Part shown: piece after piece, positions 54,451-64,000 of the stretch | How the letters are laid out: each line of letters starts with the position of its first letter | How positions within the stretch are numbered: position 1 is the stretch's first letter | DNA from: a plasmid | Length of the DNA: 64,000 bases | Sequence record: NZ_CP016173.1 | Reading direction: 5' to 3' (one strand) | The notes under the pieces: generated by a model | The model's input: the letters and a program-made list of their open reading frames with translations, nothing else | Told to the model about the DNA's origin: nothing | Databases searched by the model: none | Position numbers and translations under genes: made by a program

Positions 54451-55478
54451 CAGTTGAATAAGGAACCAAGACGGTCAATCACGGATGATCCGGTGCTCGA
54501 CGCAGGGGAAGCTGAGGGCACAGATGATGCGGAGTACCCAGATAGTTGGCCTTTCAGCGCGCCTATGGAGCTGTTCAGCCCATTGAGTTGAGCCTGCGCA
54601 TTTTGCAGCGCCGACTGGTAGTTTGAGCAATTGTTGTAGGTCTGCGACAGACAACTCGACAAGCGTGACTGCGCCTGCGAGACGGCCTGTTGCGCGGGGC
54701 CTACCTGCGCCTGGAGATTCGCAAGCTGGCTGTTGACGTTGTTGATCTGGCTGTTGCCCGTGCTGATTTGGCCCAGTGCTCCCGACGAGTCAAGACCGGC
54801 ACCAGGCGACCCACTCGAACCGCTCGAACCGCTGCCACCGAAATCAAGCGGCGTGCCGCTGAACGGGTTGAGGTTCACGTCGTAGTCCGTCTGCGCAGGA
54901 GGCTTGGAGTATTGCGAGCCCAAATTGGGGTCGATGGTCGCAAGCGCTCCGGACATCAGGCCATTGCTAAGACCATTCAGATCACCGATTCCACCCATCC
55001 CGGTGCCCGAAGACAGACCATAGATCGCCTGATTGATAGACGATGTGGTCATCATCCTGGCCTGGTCCACCGCCGAGCAAACTTTCTTCTTGGCGAATTT
55101 CACCAGTGCATTTGCAACCGCATCCCGGACGGAAGAAAGGCTGGGAATCGCAAAAGACAGATCCCATGTTCCCAGTAGGCTCGAAAAGCAGTCACCCGAT
55201 GGCGAGAAAAGCGCCTCCGTGTTCGGCATGGCCGAGGCCAACTCCGTATGGATCTTCAGCGCATTCTGGATGGCGTTGCCAATAGTCCCGGGCGTGTTGC
55301 CGGTCGCGCAAAGCTCGGCCTCCTTCTTGATGCTGTCGGCGACGACTGAAGTCTGCTGAGAAAGCAGGTTGCTAGAGCCAAGAGCTGCATGCGCCGCAGG
55401 CATGCCGCCCAACAACAGCACAACCACACTCGCGCGCACCGCCGAGGCAGCCGCACCCAAGCGGAAATCACACGACAT
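54450..55478 (-). CDS. secreted Gly/Ser/Asn/Gln-rich protein (342 aa)
   Basis: ORF trimmed to MSCDFRLGAAASAVRASVVVLLLGGMPAAHA with a GGGGAG RBS. Long GSGSSGSSGSPGAG… and QLANLQAQ… low-complexity C-terminal half. Confidence 0.6.
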   Translation of the reverse strand: MSCDFRLGAAASAVRASVVVLLLGGMPAAHAALGSSNLLSQQTSVVADSIKKEAELCATGNTPGTIGNAIQNALKIHTELASAMPNTEALFSPSGDCFSSLLGTWDLSFAIPSLSSVRDAVANALVKFAKKKVCSAVDQARMMTTSSINQAIYGLSSGTGMGGIGDLNGLSNGLMSGALATIDPNLGSQYSKPPAQTDYDVNLNPFSGTPLDFGGSGSSGSSGSPGAGLDSSGALGQISTGNSQINNVNSQLANLQAQVGPAQQAVSQAQSRLSSCLSQTYNNCSNYQSALQNAQAQLNGLNSSIGALKGQLSGYSASSVPSASPASSTGSSVIDRLGSLFN

Positions 55479-56019
55479 CACGGTAGCTCCCCATAATCTG
55501 CATAATCCGAAGCAGCCTGGCGCCGGAAAAAATGCGCCCAAGCATTTGCGCACGTTCGAACACAACGAGCCTGTGACGCACGGTGGATACCATCACGTCA
55601 TCTCGGCTGGTGGATTCAAGGGTGCTCGCCAACTGCTCGATGAAACGGTCATTTTTCTGGGCCAGATACCGCAAAATCAGCATGCAACGAGAGGTGGTCA
55701 GCCCTGCGAGCAACGTAACAAGCGGATCCACTAGATGGTCCAGCACGGCGGCGTGCTCTTGCATCACGTGCTGAAGGTTCCCAATGAAAGCCCGCAGGAG
55801 CATGCTGTCCTCGCTCGACAGCGTATGCTCGCGGTAGTCCACAGCCCAGCGATCCACGCCGTCAAGGCCGAGAAGAAAGTTGAGCGTTCGGGCCGCGTCA
55901 CCGCCGCTCGCGCCTGCCACGAAGTGCGACAGCACCGACTGGCTATCGAGATCCAACTCGCGGATAGCCGCGCCGTCCCAGACGGCTTCATCTTGTTGCG
56001 CCATTTTAATTGCAGCCAT
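55468..56019 (-). CDS. hypothetical protein (183 aa)
   Basis: Co-directional ORF directly downstream of the giant helicase gene. Confidence 0.5.
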   Translation of the reverse strand: MAAIKMAQQDEAVWDGAAIRELDLDSQSVLSHFVAGASGGDAARTLNFLLGLDGVDRWAVDYREHTLSSEDSMLLRAFIGNLQHVMQEHAAVLDHLVDPLVTLLAGLTTSRCMLILRYLAQKNDRFIEQLASTLESTSRDDVMVSTVRHRLVVFERAQMLGRIFSGARLLRIMQIMGSYRDVV

Positions 56020-56094
56020 CCGAAAACACCGTTTTGGACCGGACTTTTTGATTCTCTATCAAAAAAATGTCGTCGGCAACATTATGACATGCTT

Positions 56095-59000
56095 CTAAGG
56101 TGCAAAATCGACTTCTTTCTCAAGCGAGGCCGCTAATTGTTGCTCAAATTTCGCCTTCAAAGCTTGGAGCACCGCGTGGTCCGGTGTCGGCAAATAGAAC
56201 TTCCCGACATGCCGGTTGACCTGCAACCGTTTGAGCAGTTCTGGCATATCCTCCCGAGGCACATCGACGCTCATATATGCGCGCGTGCCAGCCAGCTTCA
56301 GACGCATACTGTGCACAGCGGACTTTTCGCCCAGATCGAATATTGTCCCGTCGCTCATCAAACTGCCCGCCCGCGACCGGGTGCCGGGGATGACGAACCG
56401 GAAGCTTCGGCCGTTGTTGAGCACCTCGAACATGATGCCATCCCCTTTTTTCATGTCCTTCACGCCCGCGTCATAGAACCGAAAGGCGCCTGACCGCGTT
56501 CGCTCGGCATAAGCGGGCTGGTTCGGGTCCAAGAACGCGTCGATGTAGTCGATCATGTCGGCCGCATCCAATCCGATGGGCAGCGCTTTCACCATGTCGG
56601 GCGTAATGCGGTCCTTCAACAGCACTGCCCGCTGCCGGTTTCCTTCCGCATCCGTAAAGAGCACGGCCGAGCCCAAGCGTTGCTCGTTGGCGAGCTCGCA
56701 AGCGCGGAAAATATTGCCTCGAAGAACATATTGGGTCCGATCCACCACGCCGTCAGGCGCCTGGTTATAGGCGTCCAGTAGCCGTGAGACGCTACGCTTG
56801 ATGTGGTCCGGCGCATTGGCAAAGTTATCGGGGTCCAACCGTTGCCATGCACCGCGACGTAGATCCTGATCCTGGTTCCGCACCGTAGCCAACGTAAGCT
56901 CGCGTACTTTGTCTTCCCCGGGAAAAGCTACTTTTGCACGGTACTTGGAGAGCAAGAACAACTCTTCACGTCCATTGGGAAAATGCACCGACGTGATGAT
57001 GCCGGTTCGCTCCCCTTGGAAGGTATCCTCGTGCACGACGGGCACTCCTGGGCGGAATGACGACAGATTAGCAATCAGCCAGTCCACCCGCTCCGCCGCG
57101 CTTTTCGCCGCCGCCGCTTCCTGGCTCGCCAGGATGGAGGCCAATGGCGCCTCACTTTCCCGCATCTTCGCCGGCAGCTGCTTGCGCACCCAACCATCCC
57201 GCGATCCAACCAGTTGGTCGCGCAGCGTGTGCAACCCCGCGCCGTCGGCACCAATCGCCTCCGCGTAAAGCTCGTTTCCGATCGATATCAACTTCTTGAG
57301 CTGATCTGCCCGAATGGGCTTGACCTCCTGTTCGTACTTCAAGGTGACCAGCTTCACTGGCTGATCGAAGGTGCTGCCCGATGAACGGATAACGCCGCTC
57401 TGGAGCTCTTCTTCGCGCACCACCCGGGCGCCCCAGTCGAAAACGTCCACCTTAAACGGGTTGATGCCACGTTGGGTCAACTCTTCGAGCTTGTCGGCAA
57501 AGCGCAGCGATATCTCGCGCAAGATTTCCTCTTGTCGCGATACGCTGACCATCATGAGCCGGCCCATAAGCTTGTTGATGTACTCGCACTCCTGGTTGAA
57601 GCGGCGCACGTCATCGTCGTCATCGCCAGGCAAGTCGATGTCCAGGCTATGAGCCACGTCCGGATTCTCCAGCAGCCATTCAAGAGCAACCCGGTCGCCT
57701 ACATCGTTCAACAAGTCGAAGTCTTCGCCTTCTAGATTGGCGTTTTGGCGATTGCTCGTCGTATTCGCCGACAGCCTGCGCAGCTTCGCGTTGTGCATCA
57801 TCGTCGCCCGCAGTTCTGCGGGCAGACCTGATTCTAGGCTCGTGATGCGCGGCGCAACGACCTGGCCCTTGCGATTCACCCTTCCCATCCACTGGAGAAA
57901 TTCGGCAATATTGGCGGCTTTCTGCGCGACGATGAAATTGCGTTGCCGGATATCGGAGTCGTCAAACCTATCGGTCGCATGCAGCGAAATACCCGTCGAA
58001 CCGGAACGGGTGATGATGATGGCCTCGTAGCGTCCATTCTGGAACCCAGCGACATTTGCCACGGCATCGCTCTTGCCATGAAACTGCACGCTCCAGCGAT
58101 CTGCGTCGGCCTCTTGAGGCACAAGCGAAGCCTTGCGCCCGGACACCTCGGCCACCGGGAACCCGCGCTGGGTGAGCTCCTTCTTGATGACGTCAATAGG
58201 GGTGAGACTCAGGTCTGGAAATGCCCGGATTCGCTCGCGCAGCGCCTCTTCCGCTTCCCCATACTCTTCGCTGCTCGCCTTTTCGCGCTGCACGTCACCA
58301 TATCGACCTTGAATCTTTATGATCGCAACACGGTCTAGCATGATCTCCAGTAGTTCGCGGTATTGCGGCGGGCTATCCAGTGTGGCAGTACGCAGCGAGT
58401 CATTGATCGACGCAACGAGCTCATCGCGTCGAGCCAATTCCTCCGCAGTCAATGAACCACTGCGTTCGTCCAGATCAGCGAGCTCTGCTTCAAGGTGATC
58501 GATCCCAAGACGACGAGAGAGCACCTGGCGCAGCAACGACTCGCCGGTGTTTTCTACCGCAATCACCGGCTTTCTGCCGTTGGCGAGATCTTCAAGTGCT
58601 GTCTGAACCGCCTCTTCAATCTTTATGGCAAGAAGAAACTGTCGATTGAGGTTGTACAGACGGGAACCGAAGTTCATTGACGAGGCCTGCAACCGCGCGC
58701 CCTTTCGGTCTTGTTCCGGGATCGACTCCCACTCCTTCTTATAGCCCCTGTTGAGCACAGCAACTTCTCGCGCCACGTCTCCAGCCAGATAGGCCAAACC
58801 GGACACAATCTCCGCCAGTTCATCGGCAAGCTGACGGTTCCTGGCCTCTCGCTCGGGCGCAGGAAGCCGCGTATGGAACACAAGGTCAGAGAAGTCGAGC
58901 TCGCGCCGGATGAGCACACCATCCCTGGCCATGTTTGCGCTGATGGCCTCTTGAAGCGCCTCACCGCCCGTGCGCAACGTCTCGGGCAGCGACTTGAGAT

Positions 59001-62000
59001 CGACGGAAGCAGGGAACACCTTGCAGTAGAGCCCGAAGTTCTCGACCCCTTTCAGCGGCGTTGCGGAGGCATACATTGTCGCAGTGCTGTTCGCCACTGC
59101 TTGCTGTACCGTCGCGCCGAGATTCGATGAGCCAGCAGCAACATGGGACTCATCAAGCACAAGCATGCCGTCATTGGCTGCGATCTCGGTCAGCAGTTGC
59201 GCCTTTCGATTTTTTGCGTAAGCACGCATGAACTGCGAATAGGTGCCGAGCACCAAGTCCACATCCGGTTCAAGCATGCCAGTCTTCAACGCGGTCTCAC
59301 GTTCGGCAGGCGTGGTCGCGCGGTAAAGCACTTCCGACTCGGTTCCGAACTTTTTGACGTTCACGCCATCGTTGAAGATAAAGAGCTTTTTAAACAGCTC
59401 GCCGCTACCGATGTCGTTGATGTCACGGAAGATATCGGTGAACAGCTCCGGGGTTATGGTCAGAAAGATTGGCTTCTTGCCGTGCAGCTTCGCATAGCGC
59501 AATAGTCCAGCGACATACCTTCCCTTGCCCACACCGGTCATATCCGCGTTGATAATTCCACGGCCCTTCTCCACGGCATTGATACCAAGCGCGAGCGCAT
59601 CGACCTGCTCAGGGCTGAAGTAGGAGCCGAGCTCATCCAATGGGTATCGAAGTTTCGTCGCTACATACTCGTCCACCGACCCCACCCGTGCCTCCAATGC
59701 GTTCAACGCCGCATAGGTGGCACCGGCCATGTTGATCGGAATCATTGTGCTGGGTTCGCCCACCCGCGATGCAGCTTGATAGGGAGCCTGGAATTCATTC
59801 ACGCGCCGCTCGTCGGCCACTTGCATGTCCGGATAATCGGACAGCACCGACGCGGGCACTTCTTTGCCAGCGGCCAGCGCCTGCTCTACCACGTCGCGAT
59901 GGGTGACCGGCGTATTGAGCCTGTCCATCACCTCGGCCAGTTCCTGCTCCGACAACGGAGCCTTGCCACCCTCATGCAGATCCAGCTTTTCCTGCGCCCA
60001 TGTAGTCACGTCACCCCGAAGACGGATTGCGCGCGCGCCGTCGGCTTGCGCCAAGGCTTGCTCCCATTCTGCGCGGGACATTTGCCACGGATCTCGGTCC
60101 GCGCCGTCAGGATGTACAAAAGTATCTTGCGGCGCGGACAATGCAACGCTCGCGTCATGAGGCTCAGCGTCATGGACGATAGGGTCAGGCTGCTTGCCCT
60201 GTGAATCAGGCTCGTTCCTGAAGTCGTTGCCGCTGGTTAGCTCGCCCGTTGGTGCTTCAGCGTTGACCCAGCCGTCGGCGAACTCCAGCAAGCGATCGGC
60301 CTCGCCATCATCAAGACGCGGATCCATGCGGATCTGCTCGCGCATGCCTGCGGGCGGGTTGCCGTTGTTTTCGATCCATTCACGATAAATTCGCGCCTGG
60401 ACTGATGCGGCCGCTTCTTCACCATGATCCTCGCCGATTCTTGCTGACGTGCGCGTAGCAGTGGCTTGTTCATCACCGGTGTACGGCTCGCGGCTGACTT
60501 CCTTCGACGCGCTGTCGATCAGCGGGCTGCTATCCGTACCTGGGCTCTCCACAGTCGTCGCATCGCCAAGGAACACGCGCGCCGCAGCGTCAACGTCAAA
60601 GGTCGGCGCCACGGAGATGTCCGGCACCACAACGACCTCATCGCTGTCTTGGACTGCCAGATCGACCGAAGACATAGCGTAGCTTTCAATTACTCGCTCG
60701 CCCCATTGCCACACTTCATCGTAGGAGGTCAGTATCGTGAGCTTTTCCGGCACGTGCGCCTGAATGGGCGCGGCACGACGAGCGCCTACAACCAGCATGC
60801 GGACATTGAAGCCAGATCCTTGCCGCGAGTACATCCGCCCGTCCAGCTCCACCAGGCCAGGAACCTCATAGTGGTCGTAGATGTAATTCAGGAAGCTTTT
60901 CGTGCCGCCTCTTATCGTGCCATCCGACCGACTACTATCTGCTCCGAAAATGAGCACAGATCGTCCGCCGCGTTTGCGTGCTTCTAGCGTGCGCAAAGCG
61001 ATGAAGTGATCTTGCCTGCGAACCGATGGCAATTTATCGAATGCGCGAGGCGAATCCAGCTCGCCAAACGGCGGATTGGCAATTGTGTAATCGAAGCCAT
61101 CGGCCTCACCAAATACGCGCTGGAAGGAGATCTGCGTGGCGTCACCCAGGTGGATATTGACGCGTCCAGATTCTTCTATTGCACCCAGACGCGTGGCATC
61201 GAGTTCATTGCCAAAAAGCCTCATCGTCTGGGGCATCAACGTTAGAAGTCCGCCATTGCCGACGGTAGGCTCAAGCACCGTCTTTCCATGTAATGCGTCC
61301 GAACCGATCAGCAGCCGCTGAGCAATAACCCCCATCGGCAAGGGAGTGGAGTATTGCTGTAGGAAAACGCTTTGCGCGGTGCGCATACGAGCTGTCGGCA
61401 GCCCATAGTAGAAGTCCGTCGCGGTTTTGAAGGCGTGCTCGTCGGGCGCCTTGGCCATGCGAGTGAAATGCTGGTACGCAGCGGCCTCGATCGCCTCTTG
61501 CAGCCGATGTAGTTGCTCGTCGCTGGGCTCGGCCTCTTCCTGTGATATCGAGTAGACAGTGCGCGCAAAGCGCACCACATCGGGCCAGGCCGTCTTGCCG
61601 CCCATTCGCACATACCACAGGAACCCTTCAGCACATGCACGCAGCTCCGCGTCATCGCTCGCACGCAGAAAGGCGCTTTGCCCCAGGCTTGTCGCCTGCG
61701 GCGATCCTTCGGCGATGGCGTTTTTGCCACTCACCGCGATAAATCGCCCAGCGGGGCCTTCATAGACCAAGCGACCAGATCTGTTGTAGCCCAGCTGCTT
61801 GGACCGCATGGTAACGGCATGGATATTTGCGCCGAACTTCTCCAGGGTCTTCTCTCGAAAAACCCTGTCGATCTCCTCGCGGTCCACCTCGACAAGCAAA
61901 CAAGACTCAATGCCAAATGCCCTTGCAAGGGCTTTAGGGCGAAGGCGCTGATCGTCGCCCTGCAGGTAATAGATTCCTCTGTCGTAACGGGGCGACCCGG

Positions 62001-62157
62001 CAAATGGCACCAGCCCCACTTCCCTCAGCTTTTCCGGGTCGCCGATGTCGTTCATATCGAGCACGACCAAGCGCTGTTTGCCATCTGCCATCTTCTGGTC
62101 GCCAAGGAATATGCCATGTGCAGCCAGGTCAATCCACTTCTGCTTTGTCGCCATCAT
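56095..62157 (-). CDS. giant N6-adenine DNA methyltransferase + SNF2/DEAD-like helicase fusion (DarB-like polyvalent protein, ~2020 aa)
   Basis: The N-terminal MTase has motif I …VLEPTVGNGGLL… and motif IV …DYTIANPPFGE…. The central helicase has …GVGKGRYVAGLLRY… (Walker A), …MLVLDESHVAAG… (DExH) and a helicase-C region. Start trimmed to MMATKQK…. Confidence 0.85.
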   Translation of the reverse strand: MMATKQKWIDLAAHGIFLGDQKMADGKQRLVVLDMNDIGDPEKLREVGLVPFAGSPRYDRGIYYLQGDDQRLRPKALARAFGIESCLLVEVDREEIDRVFREKTLEKFGANIHAVTMRSKQLGYNRSGRLVYEGPAGRFIAVSGKNAIAEGSPQATSLGQSAFLRASDDAELRACAEGFLWYVRMGGKTAWPDVVRFARTVYSISQEEAEPSDEQLHRLQEAIEAAAYQHFTRMAKAPDEHAFKTATDFYYGLPTARMRTAQSVFLQQYSTPLPMGVIAQRLLIGSDALHGKTVLEPTVGNGGLLTLMPQTMRLFGNELDATRLGAIEESGRVNIHLGDATQISFQRVFGEADGFDYTIANPPFGELDSPRAFDKLPSVRRQDHFIALRTLEARKRGGRSVLIFGADSSRSDGTIRGGTKSFLNYIYDHYEVPGLVELDGRMYSRQGSGFNVRMLVVGARRAAPIQAHVPEKLTILTSYDEVWQWGERVIESYAMSSVDLAVQDSDEVVVVPDISVAPTFDVDAAARVFLGDATTVESPGTDSSPLIDSASKEVSREPYTGDEQATATRTSARIGEDHGEEAAASVQARIYREWIENNGNPPAGMREQIRMDPRLDDGEADRLLEFADGWVNAEAPTGELTSGNDFRNEPDSQGKQPDPIVHDAEPHDASVALSAPQDTFVHPDGADRDPWQMSRAEWEQALAQADGARAIRLRGDVTTWAQEKLDLHEGGKAPLSEQELAEVMDRLNTPVTHRDVVEQALAAGKEVPASVLSDYPDMQVADERRVNEFQAPYQAASRVGEPSTMIPINMAGATYAALNALEARVGSVDEYVATKLRYPLDELGSYFSPEQVDALALGINAVEKGRGIINADMTGVGKGRYVAGLLRYAKLHGKKPIFLTITPELFTDIFRDINDIGSGELFKKLFIFNDGVNVKKFGTESEVLYRATTPAERETALKTGMLEPDVDLVLGTYSQFMRAYAKNRKAQLLTEIAANDGMLVLDESHVAAGSSNLGATVQQAVANSTATMYASATPLKGVENFGLYCKVFPASVDLKSLPETLRTGGEALQEAISANMARDGVLIRRELDFSDLVFHTRLPAPEREARNRQLADELAEIVSGLAYLAGDVAREVAVLNRGYKKEWESIPEQDRKGARLQASSMNFGSRLYNLNRQFLLAIKIEEAVQTALEDLANGRKPVIAVENTGESLLRQVLSRRLGIDHLEAELADLDERSGSLTAEELARRDELVASINDSLRTATLDSPPQYRELLEIMLDRVAIIKIQGRYGDVQREKASSEEYGEAEEALRERIRAFPDLSLTPIDVIKKELTQRGFPVAEVSGRKASLVPQEADADRWSVQFHGKSDAVANVAGFQNGRYEAIIITRSGSTGISLHATDRFDDSDIRQRNFIVAQKAANIAEFLQWMGRVNRKGQVVAPRITSLESGLPAELRATMMHNAKLRRLSANTTSNRQNANLEGEDFDLLNDVGDRVALEWLLENPDVAHSLDIDLPGDDDDDVRRFNQECEYINKLMGRLMMVSVSRQEEILREISLRFADKLEELTQRGINPFKVDVFDWGARVVREEELQSGVIRSSGSTFDQPVKLVTLKYEQEVKPIRADQLKKLISIGNELYAEAIGADGAGLHTLRDQLVGSRDGWVRKQLPAKMRESEAPLASILASQEAAAAKSAAERVDWLIANLSSFRPGVPVVHEDTFQGERTGIITSVHFPNGREELFLLSKYRAKVAFPGEDKVRELTLATVRNQDQDLRRGAWQRLDPDNFANAPDHIKRSVSRLLDAYNQAPDGVVDRTQYVLRGNIFRACELANEQRLGSAVLFTDAEGNRQRAVLLKDRITPDMVKALPIGLDAADMIDYIDAFLDPNQPAYAERTRSGAFRFYDAGVKDMKKGDGIMFEVLNNGRSFRFVIPGTRSRAGSLMSDGTIFDLGEKSAVHSMRLKLAGTRAYMSVDVPREDMPELLKRLQVNRHVGKFYLPTPDHAVLQALKAKFEQQLAASLEKEVDFAP

Positions 62158-62317
62158 CTGTACCCGTTCGCTGTCGGGGGAAATTGCACGCCTGAACCAT
62201 GTAGGCGCATAAGCGCAATTCCTAGGAGCCATACAAAAAGGAACGGCAAGGGCGATATCGCCCTGCCGTTCCTGCCCTACTTGATCAAGTCGCCTTGATC
62301 ATTCCCACCACCAGGAA

Positions 62318-63622
62318 TCACATGCTGGGCACTTGCGCTTCATCCTCGTGAGCCACGTCTGCTTGCGTAGCCATCGGCGGAATCTCGGCCGCATCGCTCT
62401 CGGCCGTATTGTCTGCGTCGGTCGTTGCTTCTGCCTCGGCAGCCGGTGCACCCGATTCCAAACGCAAATCCGCGAGCTTGTAGGCCTTCGGGAACATCTG
62501 CACGGGCGATGCGTAGACGGCGTAAGGCTCGCCATCTTCGTGTCGAAGGATTCCGATAACCGTATCGGTATAGCCCGCGACGGATCGGAAGCTCTGATCG
62601 CCCGTCGGCTCCTTGATCGTGTAGGCCGCCAATTGCGGCAGATCCTTGTCCTTCAGATAGGTCTTCCGGGAATCCGCGCCGAAGTCGATCTTCTCGGCGG
62701 ATATCACTTCCACCTGCAGGTGCCCCTCCTTTACTCCCCAGTACAGATTGCGCACGTCTTTGATGACCTCCGCGTCGGTGGAGGAAAACGCGGGCTCCGG
62801 CTCCCCCTTGATCGCTGCCACGGCGGCGCGGAACGAATCGCGCTGCGCGGTTTCGAGGTCGGTACGACCCTTCACACCTGACATCAATTCGGAGATCGTC
62901 TGATCAGCGTCGCAGGGCCGCGAGACATCCTTGTTCTCGCCCAGCGCTTGGTCAAAGACCTGCGTGGTACGCGTGGCGGGGTACATACGGGGCGCGCGGA
63001 CGACGGCGCCCTTGTGCGTGACGCGCATGATCATCAACGGGTCACGGGCGCGGCCCTGGGCGTCCTTGATCGTCAACGCCTCGGACATCAAATCGGTGAT
63101 GTTATCGGCCGTGGCCGTCGCGCTGCCCTTGATCAGTTCGACATACGCCTGCGCCTTGAAGCGCGTATCCGCGCGCTCGTACGCTTCACGCAAGCGAATA
63201 TGGGCCTTGCCCGTCAGGATTTCCGCATCCGGCTGCGTCGCGATGGTCTTCGGCCAGTGCGCCCGATATTCGGTCACGCCGTCAACCTCTCCCAAACGAC
63301 GGCAGTCATCGAATGCGATTAGTTTGATGCCGGCCTTGGCCTTGTCCGAGATGCTGTCCCGGGTGTTCTCGCCCGTGACGTACTGGGCCTTTACCGCGTC
63401 TTCCTTCAAGTTCGGACGGTCGGCAACCCGTTCCGCGACCGTGTTCAGCCGAACCTTGATTTTTTGGTCGGGATGACCAGCGCGATGCCCGATGGCGTAG
63501 TGGAACCCCGATTCGGGCGTCGAGTATTCGTCCACCACCATAAAGATACGCTCCGGCCTGGGGCCGCGCTGGGAGGTCTTGGGGGTGCGAGAGTTCAGCT
63601 TGCTGGGATCGAAGTTGGACAT
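62318..63622 (-). CDS. hypothetical protein (434 aa), N-terminus MSNFDPSKL…
   Basis: ORF 62318..63676 (GTG) trimmed to the ATG with an AGGAA RBS. Followed upstream by a ~380-nt AT-richer intergenic region (likely promoter). Confidence 0.6.
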   Translation of the reverse strand: MSNFDPSKLNSRTPKTSQRGPRPERIFMVVDEYSTPESGFHYAIGHRAGHPDQKIKVRLNTVAERVADRPNLKEDAVKAQYVTGENTRDSISDKAKAGIKLIAFDDCRRLGEVDGVTEYRAHWPKTIATQPDAEILTGKAHIRLREAYERADTRFKAQAYVELIKGSATATADNITDLMSEALTIKDAQGRARDPLMIMRVTHKGAVVRAPRMYPATRTTQVFDQALGENKDVSRPCDADQTISELMSGVKGRTDLETAQRDSFRAAVAAIKGEPEPAFSSTDAEVIKDVRNLYWGVKEGHLQVEVISAEKIDFGADSRKTYLKDKDLPQLAAYTIKEPTGDQSFRSVAGYTDTVIGILRHEDGEPYAVYASPVQMFPKAYKLADLRLESGAPAAEAEATTDADNTAESDAAEIPPMATQADVAHEDEAQVPSM

Positions 63623-64000
63623 GGTGAAGTTCCTGTTTTTGACGGGTGTGCAATTGGGGTACATCGCTACTGGCACGAAGGCCTTGTCCCTTACGGCTGG
63701 GTGGCGAAAATATAAGGCTGCTGTACACTGCCGTCAATATGTCCAAACCAAATTTCTTCTTTTTAATTTCAAGCACTTAGGTAGATTTTTGTCGTTTGCT
63801 GTTTCTGACACTGAGATAGTTTTCCTGTGGTTCAGTTTTTTTGATCCATGCTAAACTGATTCAAGGTAAATGAATTTGTTACGATGCCCTAGCCTTGCCC
63901 GCTGCCGGAACAACGACTACCATGCGCAAAATCGCCCGCAGACTATCCACCGAAACCTCCATATGGTGCTTGCCCCCTCACTGCCGCCCGGAGCATACCG

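Larger units (their letters stand above)
5253..64000. mobile_element. accessory/maintenance segment of a conjugative plasmid or ICE (no T4SS/relaxase in window)
   Basis: Contiguous accessory gene content typical of conjugative elements: KfrA-like, H-NS-like, HU, ArdC-like, TopB, ParB-like, orphan MTase, MTase-SNF2 helicase, M23 peptidase, adjacent to an integrase/TA module. More than 70% of genes are of unknown function. Confidence 0.55.

Noticed and set aside
1-64000. CRISPR arrays, IS elements/transposases, rRNA genes
   Set aside because: No regularly spaced direct repeats, no DDE/IS-type transposase ORFs or terminal inverted repeats, and no rRNA-like conserved stretches were seen anywhere in the window.

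Overview
This is a high-GC (~62-65%) window that is almost entirely accessory DNA. I call about 80 protein-coding genes, and most have no recognisable function. The gene content fits a maintenance or 'leading-region'-type segment of a large conjugative plasmid or ICE from a Burkholderiales-type betaproteobacterium. Two host-context markers support that: a Bug/TctC substrate-binding protein and an H-NS-like protein with the RKRTPKYRNPETGATWSGMGKRP C-terminal motif.

Working left to right, the window contains:
- A tyrosine integrase module with a ParE/ParD-type toxin-antitoxin pair, a small ORF and a 287-aa Cys4 protein (2.4-5.3 kb).
- A plus-strand operon of small proteins ending in an 1120-aa unknown protein (5.6-10.7 kb).
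- A KfrA-like coiled-coil DNA-binding protein and an H-NS-like protein.
- A 20-kb minus-strand, co-directional block (16.9-37.0 kb). It starts with a ParB-like nuclease-domain protein, a GNAT-like protein and an orphan beta-class DNA methyltransferase. It then runs through about 13 uncharacterised genes, two tandem type IA topoisomerases (a compact 509-aa one plus TopB), and ends with an ArdC-like protein.
- A plus-strand operon (37.2-41.4 kb): small DNA-binding protein, FtsK/HerA-superfamily ATPase, HU, secreted protein, and a membrane-anchored ATPase-less FtsH-like M41 peptidase.
- A nucleotidyltransferase-fold protein followed by small minus-strand ORFs.
- A 'polyvalent-protein'-like suite on the minus strand: a 1083-aa zincin-like protein, a MORN-like repeat protein, a secreted M23 peptidase, three tandem secreted paralogues, a Gly/Ser-rich secreted protein, and a 2045-aa N6-methyltransferase plus SNF2-helicase fusion (phage P1 DarB-like).

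I found no rRNA, tRNA, CRISPR, transposase, T4SS, relaxase or coupling-protein genes. The strongest candidate for something undescribed is the 23.4-32.6 kb run of uncharacterised genes inside the ParB/MTase ... TopB/ArdC block. It carries a repeated ~70-aa 'TxNAAF...EVARI...DINGNxVG' domain and a tandem paralogue pair, which fits a leading-region anti-defence or establishment island.

All functional calls are inferred by eye from motifs in the translated ORFs. No database search was run. The ORF track uses GTG/TTG as well as ATG starts, so several N-termini were trimmed to the first RBS-supported ATG.
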